From Isurus oxyrinchus (taxonomy: Eukaryota), in assembly GCA_026770705.1 (NCBI GenBank), contig JANJGN010000026.1, forward strand, positions 32,612,001-32,676,000: 64,000 nucleotides of DNA. Direction: 5' to 3'. Below are positions 9,712 through 21,255 of this stretch, one piece after another (within the stretch, counting starts at the first letter, position 1; each line of letters opens with the position of its first letter). The notes below the pieces were generated by a model. It was not told where the DNA came from. It searched no databases and saw nothing but the letters and a program-made list of their open reading frames with translations. A program made the translations under genes and the position numbers.

Positions 9712-12250
9712 TAAGAACATAAAACATAACATAAGAATATAAGAACGAGCAGCAGGTGTAGGCGATTCAGTCCCTCGAACCTGCCCAGCTATTCAATACG
9801 ATCATGGCTGATTTCATTTCGGCCTCAACTGCAATATCCCATCCTCTCCCCATAACCATAACCCATTACTAATTAAAAATCTGTCTATCTCCTCCTTCAA
9901 TTTATTCAACGTCCTGGCATACATTGCACTCTGAGGTAGTGAATTCCACAGATTCACGGCCCTTTGAGAAAAGTAATTGCTCCTCATTTATGATTTAAAT
10001 CTGCCACCCCTTAGCCTAAAACTATGGCCTCTCGTTCTAGAATGCCCCACAAGTGAAAACATCCGCTCCACGTCTACTTCATCTATTCCCTTTAGCATCT
10101 TCTATACCTCAATTAGATCTCCTCTCACCCTTCTAAACTCGAGCGAATATCGGCCTAAACCGTTTAATCTCTCCTCATAAGACAAGCCCCGCATCTCTGG
10201 AACCAATCTAGTAAACCTGCTCTGAACTGCCTTCAATGCAATTACATCCTTCCTCAAGTAAGCGTACCATAACTGTGCACAGTACTCCAGGTAAGGTCTC
10301 ACCAATACCTTGAACAATTGCAACAACACTTTCCTATTTTAATCCACTATTCCTTTTACAATAAATGCCAAAATTCCATTTTTCTTCCTTCTTACCTGCT
10401 GTACGTGCATACTAACTTTCAGCGATTCATGCACGAGGACACCCGGATCCCTCTGCACTGAAGCATTCTCAAGTTTCTCTCCATTTAAATAATAAGTTGC
10501 CTTTTTATTCTTCCAACCAAAATTGATAACCTCATCTGTGATAAACTCCATCTGCCAAATTTTGGCCCGTTCACCTAAGCTGCCCATATCCATTTGTAAA
10601 TTTCTCACTTCTTCACTGCAACTTACTTTCCTACCTACTTTGGTGTCATATGAAAATTTAGCTACAGTGCCTTCTATCCCTAAATCCAAGTCATTAATTT
10701 AGATTGTAGATAGTTGAGGCCCAAGGACCGAACCTTTTGGCACCCCACTAGTTACAGCTTGCCATCTAGAAAAAGAGCCATTTATCCAGAACCTCTGCTT
10801 TCTGTTGGTTAGCCAATCCTCTATCCAAACTAATATATAACCCCTAACTCCTTGTGATCTTACCTTGTTTATTAATCTTATGTGTGATACCTTATCAAAT
10901 GCCTTCTGGAAGTCCAGATATACTACAACCACAGGATCCCCATTATCCACTTTGCTTGTCATATCTTCAAAGAACTCTAGAAAATTAGTCAAACACGAGT
11001 TACTCTTCATAAAACCATGTTGATGCTGATGGATTGCATTTTGACTTTCTAAATGCCCCATTACTATTTCCTTAATAATGGATTCCAACAATTTCCCAAC
11101 GACAGACTTTAAACTAACTGGTCTGTAGTTTCCTACTTTCTACCTCCCCACTTTTTGAATAAGGGAGTTATATTAGCATTTTTCCAATCCACTGGATCCA
11201 GAAAATTTTGGAATATTATAGCCAATGCATCCAATATCTCTGCTGCCACTTCCTTCAAGGTCCTGGGATGTAAGCCATCTGGTCCTGGGGGCTTGTCACC
11301 CTTTAATCCCAATAGTTTGTTCAGTTCATTTTCTCTAGTGATGGTGATTGTTCTACGTTCCTCCTTCTCTATACCTTCTGCAATACCTGTTACTATTCGG
11401 GTGGCACTAGTCTCCTTCACTGTGAAAATTGGGGCAAAATATTGATTAAGCATCTCTGCCATTTCTGCATTCCCCACTATTAACTCCCCAGTCTCATCCT
11501 CTAAAGTGCTAACATTTGCTTTAGCTACTCTATTTCCTTTTATATACTTGTAGAAGCTTTTGCTCTCAGTCTTTACATTTTGTGCTAGTTTTCTTTCATA
11601 ATTTACCTTTTTTCTTTTTATTATTTTTTCAGTAACCCTTTGTTGATCTTTAAACTTTTCCCAATCCTCCAGCCTGCCATTGAACTATGCAATTTGGTAT
11701 GCCTTAGTTTTTGCCTTTAACTTCCTTGCTTAGCTGTGGATGCTCCCCGCCCCCTACCTCTTACCGTCTTTCTTCCTCTTTGAAATACATTTTCCTTGGG
11801 AGGAATTGAATACCTCCTTAATTATCTGCCACGGTTCATCAACTGTCGTACTTTGTCGTCTTCCTGCCCAGTCTACCAGGGCCAAATCTGCCCTCACGCC
11901 TATGTGGTTACCTTTGTTCAACTCCAAAACACTAATGTGGGACTCAAGTTTCTCGCTCTCAAACTGAACCTGAAATTCTAGCATGCTATGGTCACTCTTC
12001 CCTAGAAGATCCTTTACTATGCGGTCATTAATTAATCCCATGTCATTCCACAAAACCAAATCCAGTATAGCCTGCTCCTTCTTTGGTTCCACAGCATATT
12101 GCTCCAAGAAACAATCTCTCATATACTCCTTGAACTCTCCCTCGAGGCTCCCTTGCCAATTTCATTAGTCTGGTCAATCTGCATATTACACTCACCCATC
12201 ATTATTGCCGCGCCTTTCTTACGTGCTTCCAGTATTTCCTGGTTTATACT
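9712..12250 (-). mobile_element. 5'-truncated CR1 LINE (endonuclease end, RT, 3' tail)
   Basis: ORF pieces: PGPDGLHPR, QHGFMKSNSCLTN, YLDFQKAFDKV, SGVPKGSVLGP, LVRPYLEYC; microsatellite-like tail at ~9712-9745; absent from the paralogous site at ~58090. Confidence 0.95.
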
Positions 12251-12716
12251 GTAATAAATGAATATAATATTTCCCTCTTTTTTGCTCACAAAATGATGGT
12301 CTTGGATTTTCGAATTTTCTGCTAATGGAAACAATTATACACAATATACCACATCAAATTTCTTATCTTTTTCAATATTTCGATTAAATGTCTCCTTTGA
12401 TAATTTGACAGAAGAAGACTAATAACTGCTTCTCTAGCCTGCTTACATTGAGGACATCTCCCCTGGTACATCCCAATCTACTTTCTCCAACACCTTGACA
12501 TTCATGTAAATGGTATTTCCTTGGTGGCTAAAGAGTGGTTTATAAAGAATTATCATTGCTTTCCGCCATAAACATCAAGAAAAATAAAGACCGAGTCTGA
12601 TTAGATCCAATTTAGATTTCGAAGAGAACATATCTGACATTGGTGTTTTGATATGTGAATCAATGAACGCGAAATCCACTCGATGGTCGGAACTTCTAGA
12701 ACGGATTGAACATAAT

Positions 12717-12735
12717 CCGCCAGCAGAGGGCGCCA
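12717..12735 (+). promoter_or_regulatory. Strong CTCF motif upstream of family E V
   Basis: CCGCCAGCAGAGGGCGCCA, followed by CACGTG and CCAAT; identical at 58547-58565. Confidence 0.7.
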
Positions 12736-12814
12736 AACCCAAGCATGCTAATTAGAATGTCACGTGTCATCAAAGCTAAAGCCAATAAAGATGGTACCCT
12801 GAGTAAGGTCTGTC

Positions 12815-13080
12815 AGAGTGAGAGGTCGCCCATTTAAAACAGGGATGAAGAGGAATTTCTTCCCTCAGTGATGGTGAATCTGTTTATCCCAGAGGACTGC
12901 AGAAGCAGGGCCGTTAAATATATCCAAGGCCGAGGACAGATTTTTAATCAGTAGGAGAATCAAGGGTTATGGGGAAAAGGCAGGAAACTGGAGTTGCATA
13001 TTATGAGATCAGCCATGCTCTCGTTGAATGGCGGAGCAGATTGGTGGACTGAATGGCCTATTTCTGCACTTATAGTCTTA
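12815..13080 (+). mobile_element. CR1 3' end fragment
   Basis: RNFF..VVNL-type tail and GAATGGCCTA 3' UTR; paralogue at ~58640-58915. Confidence 0.75.
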
Positions 13081-13210
13081 TGGCAACAGTGGGCCTGGCC
13101 CCCTGCAGTGTGTGGGTGGAACAATGAGATGAACAGAGCCCGGGTTCGCTCTCTCCTTCTCAATCTCTGGAACTTTCCATTCACATTCACTGAGAGAGTT
13201 TCACTCAGTC

Positions 13211-13672
13211 ATGTTTCTGATAATACTGGCGGCTCTGTTGGACAGTAAGTGCTGGATTATGTTTATCAATATAGATTAGCAGGTTGGTCCAAAGAGCTTG
13301 TACTAGGAATTAATGTAGGTAATCATAGTTTGGTAAATTGGAATTTACGAATACTCATAGAGTTCGATTGAGTCTCTTTAAATTTCTGCTCTTTTCTTCA
13401 TCTATTTTCACAGGCAGACTATGTGCAGATCCAGTAACGTAATCACCGGTGACATTAACTGCGCTGGAAGGGGACTCGGTGCAGTTAGATTGTATATATA
13501 CAGTATGCAATGGTATCGGCAGAAACCGGCACAAACTGTAAGTTGGGTAATCAACAAACTAATAGGACTGAAAATAGTTGAAATCTCAGGACGATAACTG
13601 ACAGCTGCTGACGCATCTAAGAAGTCCCGTTATCTCAAAATAAGTGGCCTGAGTGCGGAGAGTGCTCTGAGG
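13211..13672 (+). pseudogene. TCR V segment, family E (pseudogene)
   Basis: Leader MFLIILAALLD|gtaagt (13211-13244); V exon from 13414 DPVT*SPVTLTALEGDSVQLDC..MQWYRQKP with stops and deletions; RSS CCCAGTG-23-ACAGAAAAC (13673-13711). Confidence 0.85.
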
Positions 13673-13744
13673 CCCAGTGTCAGTTAAAAGCCGAAAACCC
13701 GTACAGAAAACTCAGCGAGTATTCACTACTCAGCTAAGTGTTTT

Positions 13745-14066
13745 TAATGTCTATCTGCGACTTTAGTTTGCTCCCGAGCTCACAGAGAACAAGAGCTGAC
13801 AGGTTTATTTTGAAACATTTGTATTGTTGTATTCGGCCTTGTCCAAATCAGCAGAGAGCCGGCCTGGGAAATTTTGAGACTCGACTCCATGGCCCGAGTT
13901 ATAGCTCTTCAGTAAATGTCTCGGAGCTTACCCGAACATTTGATGTACCAAAAGATGTAGAGAAAGCTCACAGGCATGGAATAACTATAGCTGATCATTA
14001 CGGTCTGTTCTCCCACACAGTTAACTCAACGGGATCTTGGGACACTTGGTTGACACCACTCGTTAC
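13745..14066 (-). pseudogene. V relic, family A-related (A'), tail-to-tail with family E
   Basis: Minus strand: VSQDPVEL..YIFWYIK..APRHLLKSYNSG..FPGRLSADLDK. Confidence 0.75.
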
Positions 14067-14239
14067 TGTAACAAAACAAAGAAGGTGTCAAAGTCTGGAA
14101 TTGAATTTAACACATGAAATAGACAATGACGCTTTAAATATAGAATTAACAAACAGCATGACCGTTATCAGAAAGGGCCGTAGAGAGTACGTAGTGTCTG
14201 GTGTAGACTTCGACAGACAGTAACTGAATTTTAAACGGC

Positions 14240-15380
14240 TTTTCAGGTGAGGAAGTGAGGTGATCGTGACTACCGTTGATATCAAGGCCACATTTGATGG
14301 ATTGTGACTTCAAGGAGCCCTAGCAAAACTGGAGTCAATGGGAATCAGGAGAAAATTCTCCGCTGGTTGGAGTCATACTTAACACAAAGGAGGATGGTTG
14401 TGGTTGTTGCAGGTCAGTCATCTCAGCTACAGGAGTTCCTCAGGGTAGTGTCCTAGGTCCAACCATCTTTAGCTGCTTCATCAATGAACTTCCTTCCATC
14501 ATAAGGTCAGAAGTGGAGATGTACGCTGATGATTGCAAAATGTTCAGCAATTCGTGACTCCTCAGATACTGAAGCAGTCCATGTCCAAATGCAACAAGGC
14601 CTGGATAATATCCAGGCTTGGGCTGAAAAGTGGCAAGTAACATTCACACCACACAAGTGACAAGCAATGACCATCTCCAACAAGGGAGAATCGCCTTTGA
14701 TGTTCAACGGTATTACCACAGCTGAATCCCGCACTAGGCACACCCTGGGGGCTACTATTGACCAGGAACTGAACTGGACTAGCCATATAAATACTGGCTA
14801 CAAAAGCAGTTCAGAGGCTAGTAATCCTGTGGCAAATAACTCACCTCCTGACACACCAATACCTGTCCACTATCTGCAAGGCACGAGTGAGGAGTGTGAT
14901 GGAATAGTCCCCACTTGCATGGATGAGTGGAGCTCCAACAACACCCAGGAAACTTGACACCATCCAGGACAAAGCAGCCCACTTGATTGGCACCACATCC
15001 ACAAACATTGAATCCCTCCACTACGTGGCACAGTAGCAGCAGTGTGTACTATCTACGAAATGCACTGCAGGAACTCATCAAGGCGCCTTAGACAGCACCT
15101 TCCAAACCCACGACGACTACCACCTAGAAGGACAAGGACAACAGATAGATGGGAACACCACCGCCTGGAATTTCCCCTCCAAGTCACACACCAACTTGAC
15201 TTTGAAATATATCGCCTTTCCTTCACTATCGCTGTGTCAAAATCCTGGAACTCCTTTCCTAGCAGCAGCACGAGTGCACCTTCACCACAGGGACTGCAAC
15301 ATTTCGAGAAGGCAGTACACCGCCACATTCTCAACGGTTATTAGGGACAGGCAATAAATTCTGGCCCAGCAGGCATCCTG
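14240..15380 (+). mobile_element. LINE RT 3' fragment (same family as 1895-3625)
   Basis: DIKATFD, GVPQGSVLGP, MYADD motifs; 3' tail ttaggga..ggcaataaa..ctggcc; shared with 60080-61200. Confidence 0.9.
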
Positions 15381-15479
15381 TAAAATTGCAATTCAGCATC
15401 GTACAAGATAATACAATATAGCAAAGTCCAGCAGAAGATAACGGATCTGATGAGTGAAATATTGCTGTCAGAAATAGAG

Positions 15480-15895
15480 ATCACCTCATGCGTTGGAAAG
15501 AGTAAGATATCCAGGAATGTAATCACTAAAGTGAAGCTCAGATTCATGCGTCGGCTGTTATCGACTTATATTTACAGGGACAGTCTTACATCTGTTTTCA
15601 GGCAATTGGTGAATCAGAAGATTCAAATCAAGAGAGGGACCTGGCGAAGGCATCGCTTTTGTGTAATCAAACTGAACCCAACATCAATTACACTTTGTCT
15701 GGAGGACTCGGGTCCCTAGGACTTGTCATCACAAAGTGAAGCTTTGAGGGAGCTTCAGCATTTATGGAGTGTGGGGGAGATGGGTGATCATGCGTCAGAG
15801 TAACCGCCAGTGTGACGTAATTCTGCGGCCTGCGTGACGTAACATCACCTTGTAAACTTTGTGACGTCATCCGACAGACTGTGTGACGTCAGGCT
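15480..15895 (-). pseudogene. Orphan family C leader with CRE-rich promoter (V exon lost)
   Basis: MNLSFTLVITFLDILLFP (ATG 15547); TGACGTCA at 15862 and 15884, TGACGTAA at 15813 and 15835. Confidence 0.75.
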
Positions 15896-15989
15896 GTCTG
15901 GTTTGTGGAACAGAAACATTTTTCCTCGGAGCTGATCTGAATATCGAATCCTGAGTTTAAGGGAAATAAAACAGGAAACAGGAACAGGA

Positions 15990-16194
15990 AAGACGGTTTA
16001 ACCTGTAGATTCATTTGGTGGTCGATCTGTCGGTAGGGCTGGGATCTGCAGTTTGTTTTCTCGGCCGCTGTTGGAAACAGTTGGGTGACAGTTTGATCCG
16101 AAATGAATGTGGTTTCCTCTCGGTTTGTGTTTGAGCAGCTGACAGCGCCGCTGAACCTTGTGGCTGCACCTGCTCGAGATTCGATGCAAGCCCC
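15990..16194 (+). repeat. Family F V-like relic with 12-spacer RSS-like end
   Basis: CACCTGC 16167-16173, 12 bp, GCAAGCCCC 16186-16194. Confidence 0.65.
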
Positions 16195-16229
16195 ATCAGA
16201 CAGGATCTGCCAGACACAGCCCAAAGTAC

Positions 16230-16550
16230 CCGGATGAGACTGATTTTCATCGTAAACTCCGGCTGCGAGTCCTCCTTCGGACCAACTCGTCAAAGTTAAC
16301 TTTCTCCGCTCAGGGAGAGAGATGTTACTGCCTGAAAGGTGCTGTTGCTATTTTCTTGCCTCAGCAATTGCCTGAAAACAGGTGTAAGACTGCCCCTGTA
16401 AATACAGCCAGATCGGGGCCAGCCAGTAACAGAATAAAACACAGTTCACCCCATGTAGTGTCATAAATTATACTTAAAGCAGCCACTTCTCTTTCGTCGA
16501 AGCAGGTGAGGACAGTAGGTGAATGAAAACATCTCCATGACTCAGATCTG
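16230..16550 (-). pseudogene. Highly decayed family G V relic
   Basis: Acceptor and exon start tttcag-atctgagtcatggagat, as at 5449; RSS-spacer remnant like 35848-35870. Confidence 0.5.
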
Positions 16551-17541
16551 AAATGCATGTGCCAACAGGAAATTACTGACTGGAGGGTGTATAAAATTCG
16601 GATTGAAATCTTGATTCGGAAATGAGACGAAATGTGTTTGTTCCACAATTACTTGCCATAATTATCTCTCCTCCCCTCCGCCGCACCCTCCCCCCACCCC
16701 CTCCGCCCCCAACCTCCCCCTCACCCCCTCCCGACAACCATTTCAACCTAGATGCTGGGTGGCTGCATTGTCGATGCCCGCTCTGTAAAATGTAAATTGT
16801 GATTAGAAGGAACTTGTTGTAATCTTCACCATCAAGTATCTTCTGATGTTTCTCAACATCATCTCACCTCACTTCCTTGTGTATCCAGTGATGCTTTAAG
16901 GTTTGTTGTTGGGAACACGCTGGCAGCGAATGGAAACAACCCGAGCTGAGCTATAGTCAATGTCCTTTCAAGAGGAATGGTTACATGGTTAGGGACAGGG
17001 ATGGGACTGGACCCCCTGGTCTAGTTATTACAATTCAGAAGCACTGGTTTGTTAATGGCGTCAGGAAAGGTTTGACACTCGAAAGGAGAATGAACATTAC
17101 GGGAACTCTGTCCTCGGGGCTTGTTTTAAAGAGTGATAACACAACCTGATAAAGTGTCTTCGTTTTTTATAAACTGTTTTTGAACCAGCAAAGTACTCTG
17201 GTCAAATAAACACCACGTACAGGCTTTGACAAAAGGGGCCTTGAAGGAGAGAGTGGAGAAGGGGAAAGGGCTGCATAAGAGTTCAGGCAGGCAATGAAAG
17301 ATCATCAAAAGACTAAATGTGAGTTAGTGCAATACAAATTTATTTGTGGAATTAAATTTTACTACAGTTGCAAGTTAAAATCAGCTAATATAATTCCTCA
17401 GTTGCTGCTCACCCGTTCTTCAGCGTTGTGTTTGTTTTGATATTTTATTGAAGACTCTGTGACCCTCACAGGCTGAGTTATTGCTTCAGTGTAGCGGTGT
17501 GAGAGCGCCCTCCGCTGAGCATTAATGGGAAATCCCAGTGG

Positions 17542-17581
17542 AGTTTTTGTACGGCATCCCCTATATCTTTGCAGCAGTGAG
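17542..17581 (-). other. RSS: CTCACTG-24 (or CACTGCT-22)-ACAAAAACT
   Basis: Nonamer 17542-17550; CTCF-like motif at 17504-17520. Confidence 0.8.
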
Positions 17582-18015
17582 AGTTCCAAGACACAGAAAT
17601 ACACGGCGCCGTCGGATAGAAGAGCCCCGGTGATATTTAAATGAACCGTTTTGTTTCCTTTGTGCAAAACAGCAGAGAACCTGTCTGGGAAATCTGGAGA
17701 CTTATCTACATTCCCTGAGCTATATATCTTCATTAAATATGTCGGAGCTTCCCCGGGATACTGGATGTACCAGAACAGGGTTGGGACAGCAGCCGTCGAA
17801 TAATTACAATCCAGTTTTATGCTCTGTCCTTCCAGGACCTTTAATTCAGGGGAATCCTGGGACACTGAATCTTGACCATTTATTCCTGCAACAAAACACA
17901 GAATGTATCAAATATCTGGGAGTGAAGATAACACAAGTAACGGACACGACCATTTAAACATTGACTCACCAGGTAGCATGATCATTATTAGCAGCAAAGA
18001 ACATGGGGAGCACAT
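17582..18015 (-). CDS. TCR V segment, family A, intact ORF (leader 18015-17970, V exon 17885-17582)
   Basis: MCSPCSLLLIMIMLP|G-INGQDSVSQDSPELKVLEGQSIKLDCNYS..LFWYIQYPGEAP..DRFSAVL..DGAVYFCVLE; canonical splice sites. Confidence 0.9.
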
Positions 18016-18919
18016 GGTGACAGGATTAGAGCTCGGAAGAAATAAGATAAGATTTGAGATATGTTGACACTTCCGTTCTGATATTAAAGAGGAAATTCAG
18101 CTCAGTGGCAGACTTCACCTACTGAGGAACTGAGGGGCGTTTCCCAGCGACAGGATTGGCTGGTCTCTCAGAACTGATGACAGTTGGGCACCAATTAGTG
18201 TTAGTTTGGGCCGATTATTTCTTCTGAGTTTCTCTTTCTCCCTGTCTTTCTCGGGTTTTCGAGATCTCCCTTGGTCTCAGGATCTCTCTGGCTCGCTTTG
18301 TCTTTCGGTCTCTGTGGCTGTAACTCCCCTCTGGCTGTTTCTGACCCTCCGTCACACATGCTTTCTCTGCCTCTTTCTCTGTCACCCGGTTTCCCTAATT
18401 TCAGAATGCAGAAAATCCAATTTTTCCCAGTCTCCCATTTCAATAAGTTCAGAAAAGTCCTCAATCAACAGGAGCAGCTACAATAGATAAACTACTTAAC
18501 CGCAGCTCGGAGGCAGCATTAAAATGGAAACAGTTAAGTTTACATCCCAACTATGGCACGCGTCCTATTCTTTGTCTGTGTTGATATTTAAGACTCGGCA
18601 TCCCATCGGGATCTCGGTTGTTTCATTTCGTTAAAGCAAGCTTCTTTTAACCAGCAATGGCCGAGGTATTAAAATAAACAAGGGAACCGCTAGGATTTAA
18701 AGTAAAGTTTAAATTAGCTCGCGTGTATAAGTTCACCTGCACTAAGATACATTACAATAATAAGAAGAACTCTAGAAATGCGACATAATCATGCAACAAT
18801 AACATGCTCCAGTAATTGCAGTTCCCTGATCGTCTCTGTGCATTCACTGCAGCGGACATGGGCACGGTAACATGGTGGTTATGAAACTGCTCTATTAATC
18901 TAGGAGGCCAAATGCCTCT

Positions 18920-20010
18920 CGGAAATTATCCTTTCCCTATCGCCTGCTATCTTATCTTATTTTTCTTTGACTTCCTGGAATTCCTGCCTCCCTTTCGAGC
19001 ATTGTTATTCTCACTATATCCCTTAGATTCCCTCGTTGTCTATGCCGGTTTCTCTCGTTTCGTCTCTCTTCGTTGCTCAATCTGTATTGTCTTCATATTT
19101 CTGCATCTGTTTCCTTCAATGTGTCTTCATCTATTTCCCTCCCTGTCTCCGTTCTCCCTCATTTCTCTCAGTGTCTCTCGGACTGTTTATCTCACTGATT
19201 TCTATCATTCCCTTTCCTCCTGTTTATCTCTCCGTATCTTCACCTGTTTTCCTCTTTTTGTCTCCATTTCTATCACAGTCTCTCCCTCTGATTCACTCGC
19301 TATATTTTTAATTTTTTCTCTTCATTTCTCAGTTTGCATGTCTTCATGTTGCTGCATCTGTTCCCTTCACTGTATCTTCAACTTCTTTTACGCATTTGTG
19401 AGATGTGAGCGTCGCTGGCTGGGCCAGCATTTGTTGATCATCCTTAATTGCCCTTATTCAGCGGGCATTTAAGAGCTGACCACATTGCTGCAGGTCTCGA
19501 GTCACATATGGGCCAGCCCAGGTAAGGACAGCAGATTTCCTTCCCTAAAGGGCATAGTGAACCAAATGGGTTTTTATGACAATCGGCAATGGTTTCATGG
19601 TCATCATTAGGCGTTTAATTCAAGGTTTTTTTTAATTGAATTCAAATTGCATCATCTGCTATGGCGATCCCCAAAGCATTACCGAGGGTAAACCTTGGCT
19701 CTCTGAATGACTCGTGCAGCGACAATGCCACTAGGCCATTGCCTCCCCCTAAATCTCCCTCTCTTTCTCATTTCTCTTAATGTCTCTCCCTCTGTTATCT
19801 CTCTCTGCTTATCTCCATCTCTCTCCTTCAATTGTATCGTTCTCTTCCCTCCTGTTTTTCTCTCTTTATCTCCATCTGCGTTTACCTCTCTGCCCCTCAC
19901 TCAGTCTCTCTCCTTATATCTCCATCTGTGTTTTTGCCATTGTCTCACCCACAGTTTTTGTTCCTGTCTGCCTCTCAATGCGCTTCTCCCTCTGTCTGTC
20001 CCTCACAGAC
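18920..20010. repeat. Pyrimidine-rich (CT) low-complexity tract interrupted by a SINE
   Basis: CT-rich composition; the ORFs here are S/L/F-rich artefacts. Confidence 0.8.
19395..19745 (-). mobile_element. SINE (tRNA-like head, LINE-type tail)
   Basis: Reverse complement of ggttcact..ccctttagggaaggaaatctgc..ccttacctgg..gtgactc..; homologous to 1895, 41045 and 49350. Confidence 0.8.
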
Positions 20011-20339
20011 ACGATTGAAAAACAAATATTTAGCCGCCCAGGCGGCCCTCTAGTCCATCGTAATTATTTGATTCATTGAAGTTATCCAAGTGTTGTTTTT
20101 ACATTCCATTCCCTGGGGAGTCTTCAGGATTAGATGCCTGTTACTGTTGTAGAACAGGAAGTTAGTCGCCACAACAACAGGCCTCAGAAACTCTCCATTT
20201 TACATCAGGACATTCGTTTCCAAAACCAAATGCGGTGTCTAATCATTTTCTGGGCCCGAATTAAATTCATCAGAAAAGGCAGCCTCAAACCAATTGATGT
20301 ACTCAGTCCCCATCAGACACAATAGAGGTCCATCCTTGT

Positions 20340-20475
20340 ATAAAAGCAAAACACTGTGGATGCTGGAGATCTGAAACAAAAACAGGAAGTGCTGGAAAGA
20401 CACAGCAGTTCTAGCAGCATCTGTGGAGAGAGAAACAGAGTTAACGTTTCGAGTTCAATGAAACTCTTCTTTGGA
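20340..20475 (-). mobile_element. Short Penelope-like terminal fragment
   Basis: Matches the termini of the 45440-47690 element. Confidence 0.7.
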
Positions 20476-20809
20476 ATCCCGAGTTAGGGAGACAGTTGTA
20501 TCTTGATTGATGAGGAAAAGTGAAAAACCTGGCTCCAGAGGGCATGTCAATGGAAAAAATTCCATCGGCGTCAGTTTGCTCCCTTTCCCTCGCCAACGAT
20601 ATGAAAGATATTTACCATAAAAATATCTTTAATTGTAAATCTCAATGACCCCAGATTAAACCAATTCTCCAGTAATATTCCTGATCCAACGTGTTCAAGA
20701 ACCAGGAAAACGCAATGAATGGAATTACAGCTTCACGGTTTTGATTTTAGGTGAGGACTTTGCGGAGAATAGTGTTGCCAACAGAACATGTTTCTTCTCA
20801 TTTGTATCA

Positions 20810-21255
20810 GCAGCTTTCGATGGAGAGACTGTGATCCACCAGTCACAGCGGATCCTTACACAAGAAGGACAATCGAAGGAAATGCAGTAAAATGTAATCA
20901 CCAGAGGCTCTTGAGAGTATTCACTGGCATAGGATACGTCAGAAAAGTGCTCGAAATTTATCATATCGACTGTTATCAGAAACATTACAGGCAAACTCTT
21001 CAACCTATTCATTTACCCAACAAGAAGTTATAACATTCCCGGTAAGGGCAGCACTGTTGCACGTGGCATTCAAGAGGGCATTAGATGATTATTTGAATGG
21101 AAATAATGTGTCGGGGGATGGGGAAAAGGCAGGGCAATGGCACCCTTCTGCTCTGCTGACCCAATGAATGGCAATGACTAAATAATGGCAGCAATCTCTC
21201 CAGTATCACAGATATCACAGTGGGACTGGCACTCTGTATTACTGCTGCGACAGAG
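20810..21255 (+). pseudogene. Decayed V-like relic
   Basis: Acceptor, then AFDGETVIHQSQRILTQEGQ..IHWHR.. and ..TLYYC near 21240; interrupted by a short repeat. Confidence 0.45.

Larger units (their letters stand above)
7010..18510 (+). repeat. Segmental duplication, copy 1 (direct paralogue of ~55305-64000)
   Basis: Collinear order F, orphan B leader, V-B, V-E, V-A', LINE, C leader, F, G, V-A in both copies; copy 1 has an extra CR1 insertion. Confidence 0.9.

Noticed and set aside
13738-14223. 161-aa ORF conserved with 59601-59948
   Set aside because: Antisense reading of a V pseudogene within the segmental duplication
18912-20079. Long hydrophobic ORFs
   Set aside because: Translations of CT-rich low-complexity DNA
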